DNA of 64,000 nucleotides, taken from positions 480,001 to 544,000 of the forward strand of contig BK006938.2 in assembly GCA_000146045.2 (NCBI GenBank), written 5' to 3'. The notes beneath the pieces were generated by a model. That model ran no database searches. It saw only the letters and a list, made by a program, of their open reading frames with translations, and was not told the DNA's origin. Position numbers and translations under genes: made by a program. Shown in pieces: positions 1 through 10,896 of the stretch. Position 1 is the first letter of the stretch. Every line of letters starts with the position of its first letter. The DNA is from TPA_inf: Saccharomyces (Eukaryota).

Positions 1-2267
1 ACAATGGTGTGGGACGTCTCCTCAAACGTAATTGATTCAATATCATGATGACTATAGTCATTTGAAACATTATACGCCAATGACTTTATAATCATGTTTT
101 TACCAGAGTCAAGATGGCAGCCGTGGTTATCCATATTTATAGTTTCGTTTCCCGTATCTTCATCCATATCAAAAACACCATCTTGTGCGTTGCTGATATA
201 ATTCGGGGAGGTGGCAAATTCGCCATCATCTCTAGAATTGGTTGCAGTGAGAATGGGTGATAAAGAGTTGCAGAAAGAGTTTTTATGTTTTATTTGTTCG
301 TTTTTGTGGAATTGCTTCAAATCCATTACTGAATGCGAGCCATCTAAAGCATTAGATATTTTTTCATGAAGCGATTTTTTCAAGAAAGGATCCTGCAAAT
401 TCGGATTGACTTTCGAGTCATCCATCTGTAAACTCGCTTGTGACGATGAATCACCAAGAGTCTTCATAGACGTATTCGATGCATCATGGGACGAGGCTCT
501 TGATTTTTGTGTTAAAAAAGATGGACTGGAACCCAAACGCGCATTATGGTTTCCCATTGTAGTCGTATTAGAGTTTCTTTTCCTTCTAAAACATTTCGGT
601 GCAAATACTTCCCTTATGACTAGGTTCTTCAATTCAGTATTGATCATGGTGGACCCAGAATCGCGTCTTTTTAATTTATTTGTATTGCCACGCTCACCGA
701 ACGAACATGAGTTATGAGAAGAGGAGGACGAAAAGTACGAATCATTCGGTGCCGAGTTTGGAGAATCGGAATATTTGTACCACAGAGATTCCGGTATAAT
801 ATGCCTGTTATCATTTAATACAACCTCGGGCAACAAGGAAGGTTGGTTGGAACTTGACAGTGATCTTTTCACGTGTGGATGGACAGACTCAATTTCAGGA
901 TGCTCTTTTTCAAGTACTTGTCTCGACGAATGTTCCAAGGGGAAGGAATGTATGTGTGTTAAGGGGGTCCCCGTGGGTTCTGTATTAAGCGCAATATCGT
1001 CGTTATTGTTATGATTGACTTCTATGTCTTTGTTTTCATTACTGGTATCATTTTTACCGTTGTTTTCTTGATCCAAATCGCTTAAAAAGTCATCTTTTGA
1101 CTGAAAATGTTGCCTAACATTCAGGACACCAATATAACGTGGCATGAATTGCAATAATTCTTTATGGCACAGCTCTATATTCTCATACCACCTGTTTTCT
1201 CTATTCACTAGAGCCTTACAAACCGCTCTCTTCGAAAATCTGAATATTGCAGTGTGACCTCCAACTCTATTCGTAAATGGTTTTAGTTCAACTGCTAGGG
1301 GATATTCCCTATGTTCATTATCACCTTCATCCTCTTCTTCGTCCGCTTGCTCGCCTTCTTTATCTTGTTCAAACGTATTGGGTTTTTCTTTAATTGATTC
1401 GCTATGTGGCACAAACTGTTGAGGTTTTTTTTCGTTACTACGATTGTTGACGTTTTCTTGCCTTAGGGATTGTGATAAAGTTGAATATGTCTTAACTTTG
1501 AAAGTATGTCGGTTATATGAACTAGGAAGTGTCGCTATACCAGAGGCACAATTTATGGTGGCAGGCTGAATAGTATCAATATCATTTTCCATTTTATCCT
1601 TTTCTTCATAACCAGAATCTGCTTTACTTTTGTGAGGATAGTATGTTGCAGAAGAAACAGGCTTTAACGTTAAGTCCTCCGATATTCCATGTAAGCTCTC
1701 CTGATAAGTGGACTTAGGCGAAATACATCCCTCATCAACATTCTGAATTGGCTTTAAAGAAGTCTGGTGGTGTAACACCTGTGGTTGGTGTGATTGTTGT
1801 TTTGCGATATCCTCACCAGAGCCTTGACCTGTCTCAGTAATATTATTTCTATGCGCCACGTGTTTATTGGGCTTAATTGCCGGCTCCTCGTGGTTAGATA
1901 AAATGAAACTTGACAATGAAGAGGACAAAGTATCTGGGTTATTCTTTTTTTCAGAAACTTGTAGTCCTTCTGGTACCGATTTGGGAGTTGCTTCTGACCT
2001 TGTTATTTTGTCCGCGCATGTCACGGACCCGCCATTATTGCTATCTACACCATTGTTGTTATCGGCTAAACATTCATCATCTCTAAAAATTCTTAAATAT
2101 GTACTCGCCTTTCTGCCATGTAAGACGGAGGAAAGTTTCTTCGTCTCAGGTACATTAAGATCTTTCAATGTTGTTATGCACCCTTCCGACTCTTTTTGGC
2201 GCAAATGCTGCTGCTGCTCTCTTAATGTATCGGGTATTTTATCATGAATTTCGTGAGAGGTATCCAT
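1..2267 (-). CDS. KCS1: Inositol hexakis/heptakisphosphate kinase, N-terminal ~755 codons; ORF continues past the left edge of the window
   Basis: Minus-strand ATG (plus-strand CAT at 2265-2267) translating MDTSHEIHDKIPDTLREQQH...; no in-frame stop before position 1, which explains its absence from the ORF track; recognised from memory as YDR017C. Confidence 0.8.
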   Translation of the reverse strand, partial: MDTSHEIHDKIPDTLREQQQHLRQKESEGCITTLKDLNVPETKKLSSVLHGRKASTYLRIFRDDECLADNNNGVDSNNGGSVTCADKITRSEATPKSVPEGLQVSEKKNNPDTLSSSLSSFILSNHEEPAIKPNKHVAHRNNITETGQGSGEDIAKQQSHQPQVLHHQTSLKPIQNVDEGCISPKSTYQESLHGISEDLTLKPVSSATYYPHKSKADSGYEEKDKMENDIDTIQPATINCASGIATLPSSYNRHTFKVKTYSTLSQSLRQENVNNRSNEKKPQQFVPHSESIKEKPNTFEQDKEGEQADEEEDEGDNEHREYPLAVELKPFTNRVGGHTAIFRFSKRAVCKALVNRENRWYENIELCHKELLQFMPRYIGVLNVRQHFQSKDDFLSDLDQENNGKNDTSNENKDIEVNHNNNDDIALNTEPTGTPLTHIHSFPLEHSSRQVLEKEHPEIESVHPHVKRSLSSSNQPSLLPEVVLNDNRHIIPESLWYKYSDSPNSAPNDSYFSSSSSHNSCSFGERGNTNKLKRRDSGSTMINTELKNLVIREVFAPKCFRRKRNSNTTTMGNHNARLGSSPSFLTQKSRASSHDASNTSMKTLGDSSSQASLQMDDSKVNPNLQDPFLKKSLHEKISNALDGSHSVMDLKQFHKNEQIKHKNSFCNSLSPILTATNSRDDGEFATSPNYISNAQDGVFDMDEDTGNETINMDNHGCHLDSGKNMIIKSLAYNVSNDYSHHDIESITFEETSHTI

Positions 2268-2669
2268 AGTCTTTTAGCTTTAGTTTTATATATACAAAAA
2301 ATAAAAAAAAGATTTGAGAAGACAGAAAGATGTACAAAATGAAAGAAAGAAGACAAAAGACAATTCTAATATAATAAGGTCAAACTGGGATTTTCCCTTT
2401 TGTTGGAGATATAATCCAACCAACAGAGACAAACAAGAACAGAAAAGTGTTTTTCGTCTTGATCCTGTATTGAAAAAAAAAAAAAAAAGCGATACGGCGC
2501 GAAGTTGAGGGGCCGGCGACACTTCTGCGATGAGTTCGAAAGAAGTGTTAATAATTTTTATGAAAGCAACTATTACTTATATATTTGTAACTTTACCGTT
2601 GTGGATGGCTAAGCTAAGTGGAAATAATATATGAAATACAGGTTTAATTATGTTTGGTTTAAGGTTAAA

Positions 2670-3860
2670 TCAATGATTTTTTTTCATCACAAATACAAGA
2701 ATAAGAAAAGCGAAGAACCCGTAATATGAAAGGATACGGGGTGTCAATGTTTCGTGCTGAAATCCAGTCGTTTGTGTCGTAACAACGATGGATTGGTTGT
2801 CATTTTTAGCATTACTTTTAAATTGGCCTGTGTTGTAGTAGTCTTCTAGCAGTTGATCTTTTTCTTTCCACACGCCCAGTAACCAATTGAAAAAAACTTC
2901 GTCATCTTGCAAAGGGATCTCATTAACTCTAAATTCCCTAATATAAAAATCTACTTTCTCCGGATAGACACCCATTAAGAATATTTTCTTCAAGGTGAAT
3001 TTGGTGCCGACGTATTCCGTTCTCAAGGCGGGAGAATATCCAATAGTGACATCGTAGATAGCATCTAAACTAGGAGCTAGTTTTTCTACTGCAAACTTCA
3101 AGCCTTTAGAGTGCGGTAATAACAAATGTCTTAATTGGACATGGTCCAAATGTGCTCTTTGACAGAATGCCTCGCTTTTTTCTCTTGTCTTGAGGCTTAG
3201 ATTTGTACCCTCAGGGAACATGATTAAATTATAAGCGGCAATGGATTCATTTGTCTTGGAATAACAACTCTTATAATTTGTAAGGGGCCCCTTGCACCTC
3301 GCGTTTAAGTCCATAGAAACCAAACTATTTGTTAAAGCTTTCTCATCCTTTTGCCAGTTCCTACTTAAAAATATAAACTTAAAATTTCGCATGCCAAATC
3401 CCAGTAATGGTATGTACTGCAGAGCTTTCTTCAGGATGATATAAACGTTACCACCCAAATTTGAAACAAAGGAAAGCCACCAGAGATAAATCCAGTCTGC
3501 ATACATTTGATGATTTGCAATTATTATAGCCCTGTCTTTAAATCTAAAGCATGGCTTGGCGTTAGAAGAGTTCTTCAATGGCCGCGATGTTTCAAAAGTG
3601 ACATTCAAAGAAGAGGGAGCCACCATGTTCAAGATCATGCATAATAAAACGATAAAAGCCTTCTTACTTTGATTTATACCATTTTGAAATCTAATCTTGC
3701 TCCAAGGGAGAAGCACCTGTAGACAGATCTGAAAAACGACAATACTCAGCGAGCCTGAAATGAACAAGCAAGCGATAAGCAGCCTTTGCAACCCTTTTAT
3801 AAAGGGATTACCAGTCTTTTCATAAATTCCATACCTACGGTATTTTTGGGAATGCTTCAT
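2670..3860 (-). CDS. YDR018C, putative lysophospholipid acyltransferase-family membrane protein (396 aa)
   Basis: Track ORF 2670..3881 begins at GTG (plus CAC 3879-3881); first ATG is plus CAT 3858-3860 giving MKHSQKYRRYG..., 396 codons; TM-rich, acyltransferase-like. Confidence 0.8.
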   Translation of the reverse strand: MKHSQKYRRYGIYEKTGNPFIKGLQRLLIACLFISGSLSIVVFQICLQVLLPWSKIRFQNGINQSKKAFIVLLCMILNMVAPSSLNVTFETSRPLKNSSNAKPCFRFKDRAIIIANHQMYADWIYLWWLSFVSNLGGNVYIILKKALQYIPLLGFGMRNFKFIFLSRNWQKDEKALTNSLVSMDLNARCKGPLTNYKSCYSKTNESIAAYNLIMFPEGTNLSLKTREKSEAFCQRAHLDHVQLRHLLLPHSKGLKFAVEKLAPSLDAIYDVTIGYSPALRTEYVGTKFTLKKIFLMGVYPEKVDFYIREFRVNEIPLQDDEVFFNWLLGVWKEKDQLLEDYYNTGQFKSNAKNDNQSIVVTTQTTGFQHETLTPRILSYYGFFAFLILVFVMKKNH

Positions 3861-4162
3861 CCTTCTTAAACTGCAAAACACAGTCGTACGTAGGGTTGTT
3901 TGTTCATTTCTTTAACCTTCGACGGACAGATCTGGGGTACGTTCTAATAAAAGTAACCGCGCAGCCTATCTCCACGCGAAGGGGTAAAAGATCAAACAAG
4001 TCCTTAAGAATATACAAAAAGCTACATAAATATAAAAAAATAAAGGAATTGAGCGTAAGCATCTTTGTATTTGTCTTTACTAGATCAAAATAGCAAATTA
4101 TTTTTTTACTCTTTTTCTTTTCTTAATAAACGCATTATCAACTGAATATTATTTCGCTCAGT

Positions 4163-5365
4163 TTACTGCTTGTAGTAATGTGTGGGCACAAGAGGCATTT
4201 TAGCAAGTTCAATCGGGTAGAACTTGTTCCTTACTTGAACAAGCAACTTCGTTCCCTTCTTGTGGTAACCTTTCTGTACATAAGCTTGTCCAATATTGAT
4301 GTTGTTTAAAGTTGGAGATGCACTACCTGATGTAACAAGGCCGACCTCTGTTTCGGCATCGGGCAAGAAGATCTTGACACCATTTCTGGCAGCTGGCCCC
4401 TTTTTCAAGTATTTGAATCCGACTCGTACCTTGCTATACGTTTTATTGTTTAGCTGGTCCATTATCTTGGCATAGCCATTGAACCAGTACTTTTGATCTA
4501 CTAGGTCCCTTCTTGACTTTGAAATCACCCAGTTTAACGCAGCTTCTACTGGTGTGATACTTTCGTCCAATTCATGACCATACAAACACATACCAGCTTC
4601 CAACCTTAAACTGTCTCTAGCAGCCAGTCCGATAGGCTTCATTACTGGATTGGCCAAGAGTTGCTCCGCAAACTCAACCGCTTTCTCATTTGCAATGCTT
4701 ATCTCAAATCCATCTTCACCAGTGTACCCGCCTCTAGCAATTTGAACCAAAGAACCGTCCTTTAACGCAAATTCATGTCTTTGTCCAAAAAATAACTCTT
4801 TTAGATCCTTTCCAGGAGCTGTTTTTGATAAAAGTGGTTCCAACACATCTTTTGCTTTAGGACCCTGCAATGCCAATAGTGATCTACCTTCAATGATTTT
4901 CCATTGACAATCTAAAGTAGAACCATTTTGTAGCTCATCGTGAAAGAACTCGGTGTCTCTTTCCGCACAGCCAGCATTGGTCACAATATAGAACTCATTG
5001 TCATCGTTTTCTTTAGTGATGATGGTATCGTCTACCACGCCTCCCTGTGGATTTAATAGAACACTTAAGGTCCCTGACCCAACAGGCAAGGCATTGAAAT
5101 CTGTGGGCGTTACACGTTGCAGAAACTTAACAGAATGAGGACCAGATAACTTACTTTGTAACATATGAGAAACATCAAATAAACCAGCGTTTGTCCTGGT
5201 CCAATTATGTGATTCAATATGAGTCTGTCCCTTGTATAGTACGGGCATGGAATATCCTGCGTATGGTACCATTGTACCGCCTAATGACACATGAAGGTCA
5301 TGAAGAGCAGTTTTTTTCAAAGTTGAGTTGAATCTCTTAAACACAATTTTTTTGATTATAGACAT
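4163..5365 (-). CDS. GCV1: Glycine cleavage system T protein (aminomethyltransferase), mitochondrial, 400 aa
   Basis: ATG confirmed (CAT 5363-5365); MSIIKKIVFKRFNSTLKKTALHDLHVSLGGTMVPYAGYSMPVLYKGQTHIESH... matches GcvT family and recalled GCV1. Confidence 0.93.
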   Translation of the reverse strand: MSIIKKIVFKRFNSTLKKTALHDLHVSLGGTMVPYAGYSMPVLYKGQTHIESHNWTRTNAGLFDVSHMLQSKLSGPHSVKFLQRVTPTDFNALPVGSGTLSVLLNPQGGVVDDTIITKENDDNEFYIVTNAGCAERDTEFFHDELQNGSTLDCQWKIIEGRSLLALQGPKAKDVLEPLLSKTAPGKDLKELFFGQRHEFALKDGSLVQIARGGYTGEDGFEISIANEKAVEFAEQLLANPVMKPIGLAARDSLRLEAGMCLYGHELDESITPVEAALNWVISKSRRDLVDQKYWFNGYAKIMDQLNNKTYSKVRVGFKYLKKGPAARNGVKIFLPDAETEVGLVTSGSASPTLNNINIGQAYVQKGYHKKGTKLLVQVRNKFYPIELAKMPLVPTHYYKQ

Positions 5366-5502
5366 TATTGCTTGTGCCAGGCAAAGCTCTTTCTACATAT
5401 GTGAGCTACGGGTACTGTAATTGGATTTGTTTGGGTTCAAGGTGCTATATATATGATATTTGGACCTATTCTTTTTGACATACCGTTTACTCGAGGCAAC
5501 AC

Positions 5503-5542
5503 GAGTCAGGGCTCCTGAGCAGAGTCGCCCTGCCGAAAGAAG
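5503..5542 (-). promoter_or_regulatory. GCV1 upstream control region: Bas1/Gcn4-type TGACTC (5503-5508 as GAGTCA), a 6-bp inverted repeat CAGGGC(N14)GCCCTG, and a CTTCTT glycine-response-like core (5537-5542 as AAGAAG)
   Basis: Located 140-180 bp upstream of the GCV1 ATG (5365, minus strand). Confidence 0.45.
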
Positions 5543-5745
5543 TCACGGCGATGAACAAAATAGGTGATATCTATGACCAGCTCTAAGTAAGAACTCAGCT
5601 TCCCGTGAGCATGGTTCTAATGGAGTAAAAGCGCCCATCGAGATCCAAGAATGCAAAAAAAAAATCAATAAGCTTGTGTGGGTAAATACGGATGTTAGTC
5701 GCATCGAGCCGATTAAAAGTGGCGCAGATATAGAAGGCAAGGACC

Positions 5746-6444
5746 TCATGACAGATCGTAATATCTATCTTTCTCCAAGTCCATTGTTTCAGCTTCGAAA
5801 TCCCATAAACGTGGGCGTATTTTGTTGTTCGTATTGTTGCCTTCTATTTGGCTTTTGGTATCTTCGATTGCTTTAACTATACCGTCCACGAGGACTGCGC
5901 GCCCTAGATTTTCATTTGTAGAAGGAATGATCAAATCTGCAAAAGTTCTAGTGGGCTCTATATATTGTTGCATCTCCGGGCGCAGATGGTCCATATACTC
6001 AGTGATCAACTGGGCTAGTTGTTCATTGCTCCCTACGTTCTTCTTCTTGATTAGACTAATTAATCTTTTATCTGCATCACTATCCAAGAATACTTTTAAT
6101 TGAGATATTTCGTTGATGCGTTTATCGTATAGCGCATAACAGCCACATACTATTATCAAATCTATCGGGTCCTCGTAATCATGTTGAATCATGTCATTTT
6201 GAGAAGTTACAGCGTGCTTTTCATATACCAAATTAAGGATATTATCAAAATCATAGTCGTTATTATTGTAGCTCTTGATGTTCCCTTCTATCATATTATC
6301 TAGGTTTATTACCCTTATATTGATAGAGTTATATAGGCTTTTGAAAGTATTTTGTAAATCCAGTGCAATTGCTCCAACACCAGTAGCATGCCCTCCACCG
6401 ATAGAAATAACAATTCTTTTTTCTTCGACAGCTTTTCTGTCCAT
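5746..6444 (-). CDS. DAS2: Uridine kinase-like protein, 232 aa
   Basis: ATG confirmed (CAT 6442-6444); P-loop-like ISIGGGHATGVGAIALDL; recalled as YDR020C DAS2. Confidence 0.85.
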   Translation of the reverse strand: MDRKAVEEKRIVISIGGGHATGVGAIALDLQNTFKSLYNSINIRVINLDNMIEGNIKSYNNNDYDFDNILNLVYEKHAVTSQNDMIQHDYEDPIDLIIVCGCYALYDKRINEISQLKVFLDSDADKRLISLIKKKNVGSNEQLAQLITEYMDHLRPEMQQYIEPTRTFADLIIPSTNENLGRAVLVDGIVKAIEDTKSQIEGNNTNNKIRPRLWDFEAETMDLEKDRYYDLS

Positions 6445-6803
6445 TTCCTGTAATATTTATCTCGCTAATTGTTAATGCAGGAAACGAAAATTAAAAACGA
6501 TTTCCCTTGTGGTATGCTCTAGGAAAAATGTACAGATAAATTGAATTATCCGTGATGGCAGCGTACAATCCATAGTTGCTTACTATTTGATCTGCTTTTT
6601 CTATCAGTGTCGAGAATTTATGCCGAAGTTTGAAAATTTTATTTTATGCGATGAGCTAGATAATAGCAGGGCCCAGACAAAATAAAAACATGAATTATAC
6701 ACAAATTTTAATATAAAAGGGCCACCACTCCTTCAAGAGGTATAAAAATTTGTTCACTCAAATAAAATAGACCGTACAGAAACAAAAAAAAAACTCATTA
6801 GAC

Positions 6804-8003
6804 ATGTCGTTTGACAGAGAAGAAGACCAAAAATTGAAGTTTAAAACATCGAAAAAATTAAAGGTGTCTTCTACTTTTGAAAGCATGAATCTAAAAGATG
6901 ACTTACTTCGAGGAATATACTCATACGGTTTTGAAGCACCATCCTCTATCCAATCAAGGGCTATTACACAGATTATTTCGGGCAAGGACGTTATAGCACA
7001 AGCACAATCAGGTACAGGTAAGACAGCAACTTTTACAATCGGCCTTTTACAAGCTATTGATTTAAGGAAGAAAGATTTACAAGCTCTAATACTATCTCCA
7101 ACACGTGAATTAGCAAGCCAAATTGGGCAAGTAGTAAAAAATCTAGGGGATTATATGAATGTCAATGCATTTGCCATTACAGGTGGTAAAACTTTGAAAG
7201 ACGACCTGAAGAAAATGCAAAAGCATGGTTGCCAGGCCGTTAGCGGAACACCAGGAAGAGTATTAGACATGATTAAGAAACAAATGTTGCAAACAAGAAA
7301 TGTTCAAATGTTAGTTTTAGATGAGGCTGATGAATTATTGAGTGAGACACTAGGTTTCAAGCAACAAATATACGATATTTTTGCAAAATTGCCTAAAAAT
7401 TGCCAAGTTGTTGTTGTCAGCGCAACAATGAATAAGGACATTTTAGAAGTAACCAGAAAATTTATGAATGATCCAGTTAAAATCCTAGTGAAGAGGGATG
7501 AAATATCACTTGAAGGTATCAAACAATATGTCGTTAATGTTGACAAAGAAGAGTGGAAATTCGATACTCTGTGTGATATATACGATTCTTTGACCATTAC
7601 ACAATGTGTGATATTCTGTAACACCAAGAAAAAAGTAGATTGGTTATCTCAGCGGCTAATCCAATCAAACTTTGCTGTAGTCTCCATGCATGGTGATATG
7701 AAACAAGAAGAAAGAGATAAAGTAATGAATGATTTTAGAACAGGTCATTCTCGTGTACTGATATCGACGGATGTTTGGGCGCGCGGTATTGATGTCCAAC
7801 AAGTTTCTTTAGTCATTAACTATGACCTACCAGAAATAATAGAAAATTACATCCATCGTATCGGTAGAAGTGGTCGATTTGGTAGAAAGGGTGTGGCTAT
7901 AAACTTCATTACCAAAGCTGATTTAGCAAAACTTAGAGAAATTGAAAAATTCTATTCTATCAAAATAAATCCGATGCCAGCAAATTTTGCAGAATTATCA
8001 TAA
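6804..8003 (+). CDS. FAL1: Nucleolar DEAD-box RNA helicase, eIF4A-like, 399 aa
   Basis: ATG at 6804; motifs [29 protein letters not shown] all present. Confidence 0.95.
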   Translation: MSFDREEDQKLKFKTSKKLKVSSTFESMNLKDDLLRGIYSYGFEAPSSIQSRAITQIISGKDVIAQAQSGTGKTATFTIGLLQAIDLRKKDLQALILSPTRELASQIGQVVKNLGDYMNVNAFAITGGKTLKDDLKKMQKHGCQAVSGTPGRVLDMIKKQMLQTRNVQMLVLDEADELLSETLGFKQQIYDIFAKLPKNCQVVVVSATMNKDILEVTRKFMNDPVKILVKRDEISLEGIKQYVVNVDKEEWKFDTLCDIYDSLTITQCVIFCNTKKKVDWLSQRLIQSNFAVVSMHGDMKQEERDKVMNDFRTGHSRVLISTDVWARGIDVQQVSLVINYDLPEIIENYIHRIGRSGRFGRKGVAINFITKADLAKLREIEKFYSIKINPMPANFAELS

Positions 8004-8071
8004 AATATAGAGAACATATACCTACATAAACAAGTTAAGAGAGTCTCATCCATGCGGCTTCATTTTTGCTT

Positions 8072-8662
8072 TCATACGGAATTGGAGAGCATTTGTAATT
8101 GTTCATTTTGTGTGACGTAGAGTTTAATTAAGTCATTCAAACTCAAATCGCGAAGAAAAGGAGACAGATCGCAAAATTGTGAAATTACATCGAGCTCAAT
8201 GTCCGAGTCCACTCTGAATCTATCACTGTCAACGCTAAGTTCTTCCTCTTCATCATTAGATTTATCATCACCATGTGATGATAATGTTCTCATTTGGTTT
8301 TCCTCCAAGCTGAGACTATTTGTCCTATGTGACAAAAGCTCATATTGGTCGCTGATTAGTGTGATATCCTCAAGAGATCCCGATTCATCCAATTGGACAA
8401 TTATGACATTTTCAAGTTCATCTCCGACCTTATCTATTCCTGCTGTCAAAGCAGCATCACTTGAATCTACTAGTTCATCATTGTTGTCCTCAAATATGTA
8501 CTTAATGTTAGTGGGAAACATTGCATAATCACTTCCGTCCGTGCTCTTTGATTCATTATTGTATGCTGGTTGATCATCGTTGCTGGGACCCTTGTTATTT
8601 TTGATATTCTCTTCTAATCTGTACTTGACATTTTTATCATAAACAGTAACTGTAACATTCAT
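8072..8662 (-). CDS. ATG31: Autophagy protein Atg31 (Cis1), 196 aa, acidic/Ser-rich
   Basis: ATG confirmed (CAT 8660-8662); MNVTVTVYDKNVKYRLEENIKN...; recalled as YDR022C. Confidence 0.85.
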   Translation of the reverse strand: MNVTVTVYDKNVKYRLEENIKNNKGPSNDDQPAYNNESKSTDGSDYAMFPTNIKYIFEDNNDELVDSSDAALTAGIDKVGDELENVIIVQLDESGSLEDITLISDQYELLSHRTNSLSLEENQMRTLSSHGDDKSNDEEEELSVDSDRFRVDSDIELDVISQFCDLSPFLRDLSLNDLIKLYVTQNEQLQMLSNSV

Positions 8663-8796
8663 TCCTGTTCGCAGATTTCAGCAATGTTTACCGGCTTAAT
8701 AAGAAAATGGGAATGCGACGTTTATCTTGGATATTGACCACCCTTATATTATGGATATGTACTTCAAATTATTATCTTTTACGATAAAAAAGATTC

Positions 8797-8870
8797 TGAT
8801 CCAACCGAGGTTCGAACTCGGGATCTTCGCCGTGTAAAGGCGACGTCTTGAACCACTGGACCATTGGACC
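8797..8870 (-). tRNA. tV(UAC)D: tRNA-Val, anticodon UAC (tV(UAC)D)
   Basis: Reverse complement GGTCCAATGGTCCAGTGGTTCAAGACGTCGCCTTTACACGGCGAAGATCCCGAGTTCGAACCTCGGTTGGATCA folds as a cloverleaf; anticodon loop TTTACAC gives UAC; T-loop GTTCGAA; T6 Pol III terminator (plus-strand A6 at 8786-8791). Confidence 0.9.
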
Positions 8871-9442
8871 GGAAACCCATTGGAAATGACTTAATCCCAA
8901 TATCGCTATATTAAATGTAAAATAACTTTTTCAGGATAATCCACAAGAGTGGTGCTTCTGTCATTAAACTAATTTTTTTAAGGCCTGTTCGCCTATTATA
9001 TGTCGAAAGTGTGTATTTCTTTCAAGTTATGCCTGCAATTCAAAGGACAGATTTATTTTACAGTGTCGACGACACCGTTTGAAAATGCAGATGCAGGACT
9101 GGGCACGTTTTACAATACGTATCGAGTCAAAAATACACTGATTTTGGTGATATTAGCTGCAGCATGGCGAATTTTTCACATATTACTGATAAGGATGGAC
9201 ATTATGTTTGACTTTTTTCCTTAGAGTAAGTATGGTCAGCAGAACAAAAAAGAGTTCCTACATTTATACGAAGGTAAAATTGTAAAAAACATGAATGCGG
9301 CCTATCCGGCTCGAAAATTGTTCCTCATATATATTAAAAAAAAATCACGTGGTGCAAAAAAAAATTTTTTTGTCATTTCTTCGAATCAACTCAATGAAAT
9401 TTGAAAAATAGCAGAAAATAAGTTGATAAGATCGCAATGTAA

Positions 9443-9466
9443 TATATATATATATATATATATATT
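9443..9466. repeat. (AT)12 microsatellite in the SES1 promoter
   Basis: atatatatatatatatatatatat. Confidence 0.9.
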
Positions 9467-9507
9467 ACAATTCGTGAACTGGCACAAGGAAAAGCGTGTA
9501 ATTAAAA

Positions 9508-10896
9508 ATGTTGGACATCAACCAATTTATCGAAGATAAGGGTGGTAACCCAGAGCTAATCAGACAATCTCAGAAAGCAAGAAATGCCAGTGTTGAAATC
9601 GTCGATGAAATTATTTCCGACTACAAAGATTGGGTCAAAACAAGATTCGAATTAGATGAATTGAACAAGAAATTCAACAAGCTTCAAAAGGATATTGGTT
9701 TGAAGTTTAAAAACAAGGAAGACGCTTCCGGATTATTAGCCGAAAAAGAGAAGTTAACCCAACAAAAGAAGGAATTGACTGAAAAGGAGCAACAGGAAGA
9801 TAAGGACTTGAAGAAAAAAGTTTTTCAAGTAGGAAATATCGTTCATCCATCTGTTGTTGTTTCCAACGATGAAGAAAACAATGAATTGGTCCGTACTTGG
9901 AAACCAGAGGATTTAGAAGCGGTTGGCCCCATTGCTTCTGTGACTGGTAAACCAGCTAGTTTATCCCATCATGAAATCTTGCTAAGATTAGATGGATATG
10001 ATCCAGACCGTGGTGTAAAGATTTGTGGTCATAGAGGTTATTTCTTCAGAAATTATGGTGTTTTCTTGAACCAAGCTTTGATTAACTATGGTTTACAGTT
10101 CTTAGCTGCCAAGGGTTATATTCCTTTACAAGCTCCAGTCATGATGAATAAAGAACTTATGTCAAAAACTGCTCAACTATCTGAATTCGATGAAGAGTTA
10201 TACAAAGTTATCGATGGTGAAGATGAAAAATACCTAATTGCTACCTCAGAACAACCTATCTCCGCTTACCACAGCGGTGAATGGTTTGAAAAGCCACAAG
10301 AGCAATTGCCAATTCACTATGTCGGTTACTCCTCTTGTTTCCGTAGAGAAGCCGGTTCTCACGGTAAGGATGCTTGGGGTGTCTTCAGAGTTCATGCTTT
10401 CGAAAAAATTGAACAATTCGTCATCACTGAACCTGAAAAATCTTGGGAGGAGTTTGAAAAGATGATCTCTTACTCTGAGGAATTTTATAAGTCTTTGAAA
10501 TTACCATACCGTATCGTTGGTATCGTTTCCGGTGAATTAAACAATGCTGCCGCTAAAAAGTACGATTTAGAAGCCTGGTTCCCATACCAAAAGGAGTACA
10601 AAGAACTCGTCTCTTGCTCCAATTGTACTGATTATCAGTCAAGAAACTTAGAAATTAGATGCGGTATAAAGAAAATGGGCGACAGAGAAAAGAAATACGT
10701 ACACTGTTTGAATTCCACTTTGGCTGCTACCCAAAGAGCTTTGTGCTGTATCTTGGAGAACTACCAAACGGAAGATGGTTTGGTTGTACCAGAAGTTTTG
10801 AGGAAATACATTCCAGGTGAACCAGAATTTTTACCATTCGTTAATGAATTACCAAAGAATTCCACCTCTAGTAAAGACAAGAAAAAGAAGAATTAA
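9508..10896 (+). CDS. SES1: Cytosolic seryl-tRNA synthetase, 462 aa
   Basis: ATG at 9508; class II aaRS motifs; matches recalled SES1; Lys-rich C-terminal tail. Confidence 0.95.
   Translation: MLDINQFIEDKGGNPELIRQSQKARNASVEIVDEIISDYKDWVKTRFELDELNKKFNKLQKDIGLKFKNKEDASGLLAEKEKLTQQKKELTEKEQQEDKDLKKKVFQVGNIVHPSVVVSNDEENNELVRTWKPEDLEAVGPIASVTGKPASLSHHEILLRLDGYDPDRGVKICGHRGYFFRNYGVFLNQALINYGLQFLAAKGYIPLQAPVMMNKELMSKTAQLSEFDEELYKVIDGEDEKYLIATSEQPISAYHSGEWFEKPQEQLPIHYVGYSSCFRREAGSHGKDAWGVFRVHAFEKIEQFVITEPEKSWEEFEKMISYSEEFYKSLKLPYRIVGIVSGELNNAAAKKYDLEAWFPYQKEYKELVSCSNCTDYQSRNLEIRCGIKKMGDREKKYVHCLNSTLAATQRALCCILENYQTEDGLVVPEVLRKYIPGEPEFLPFVNELPKNSTSSKDKKKKN

Noticed and set aside
406-2247. Plus-strand ORFs 406..717, 775..1014 and 1867..2247
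   Set aside because: They lie antisense inside KCS1, whose minus-strand frame is continuous from 2267 to the window edge
8199-8528. 109-codon Ser-rich plus-strand ORF
   Set aside because: Antisense mirror of the acidic/Ser-rich ATG31 coding sequence
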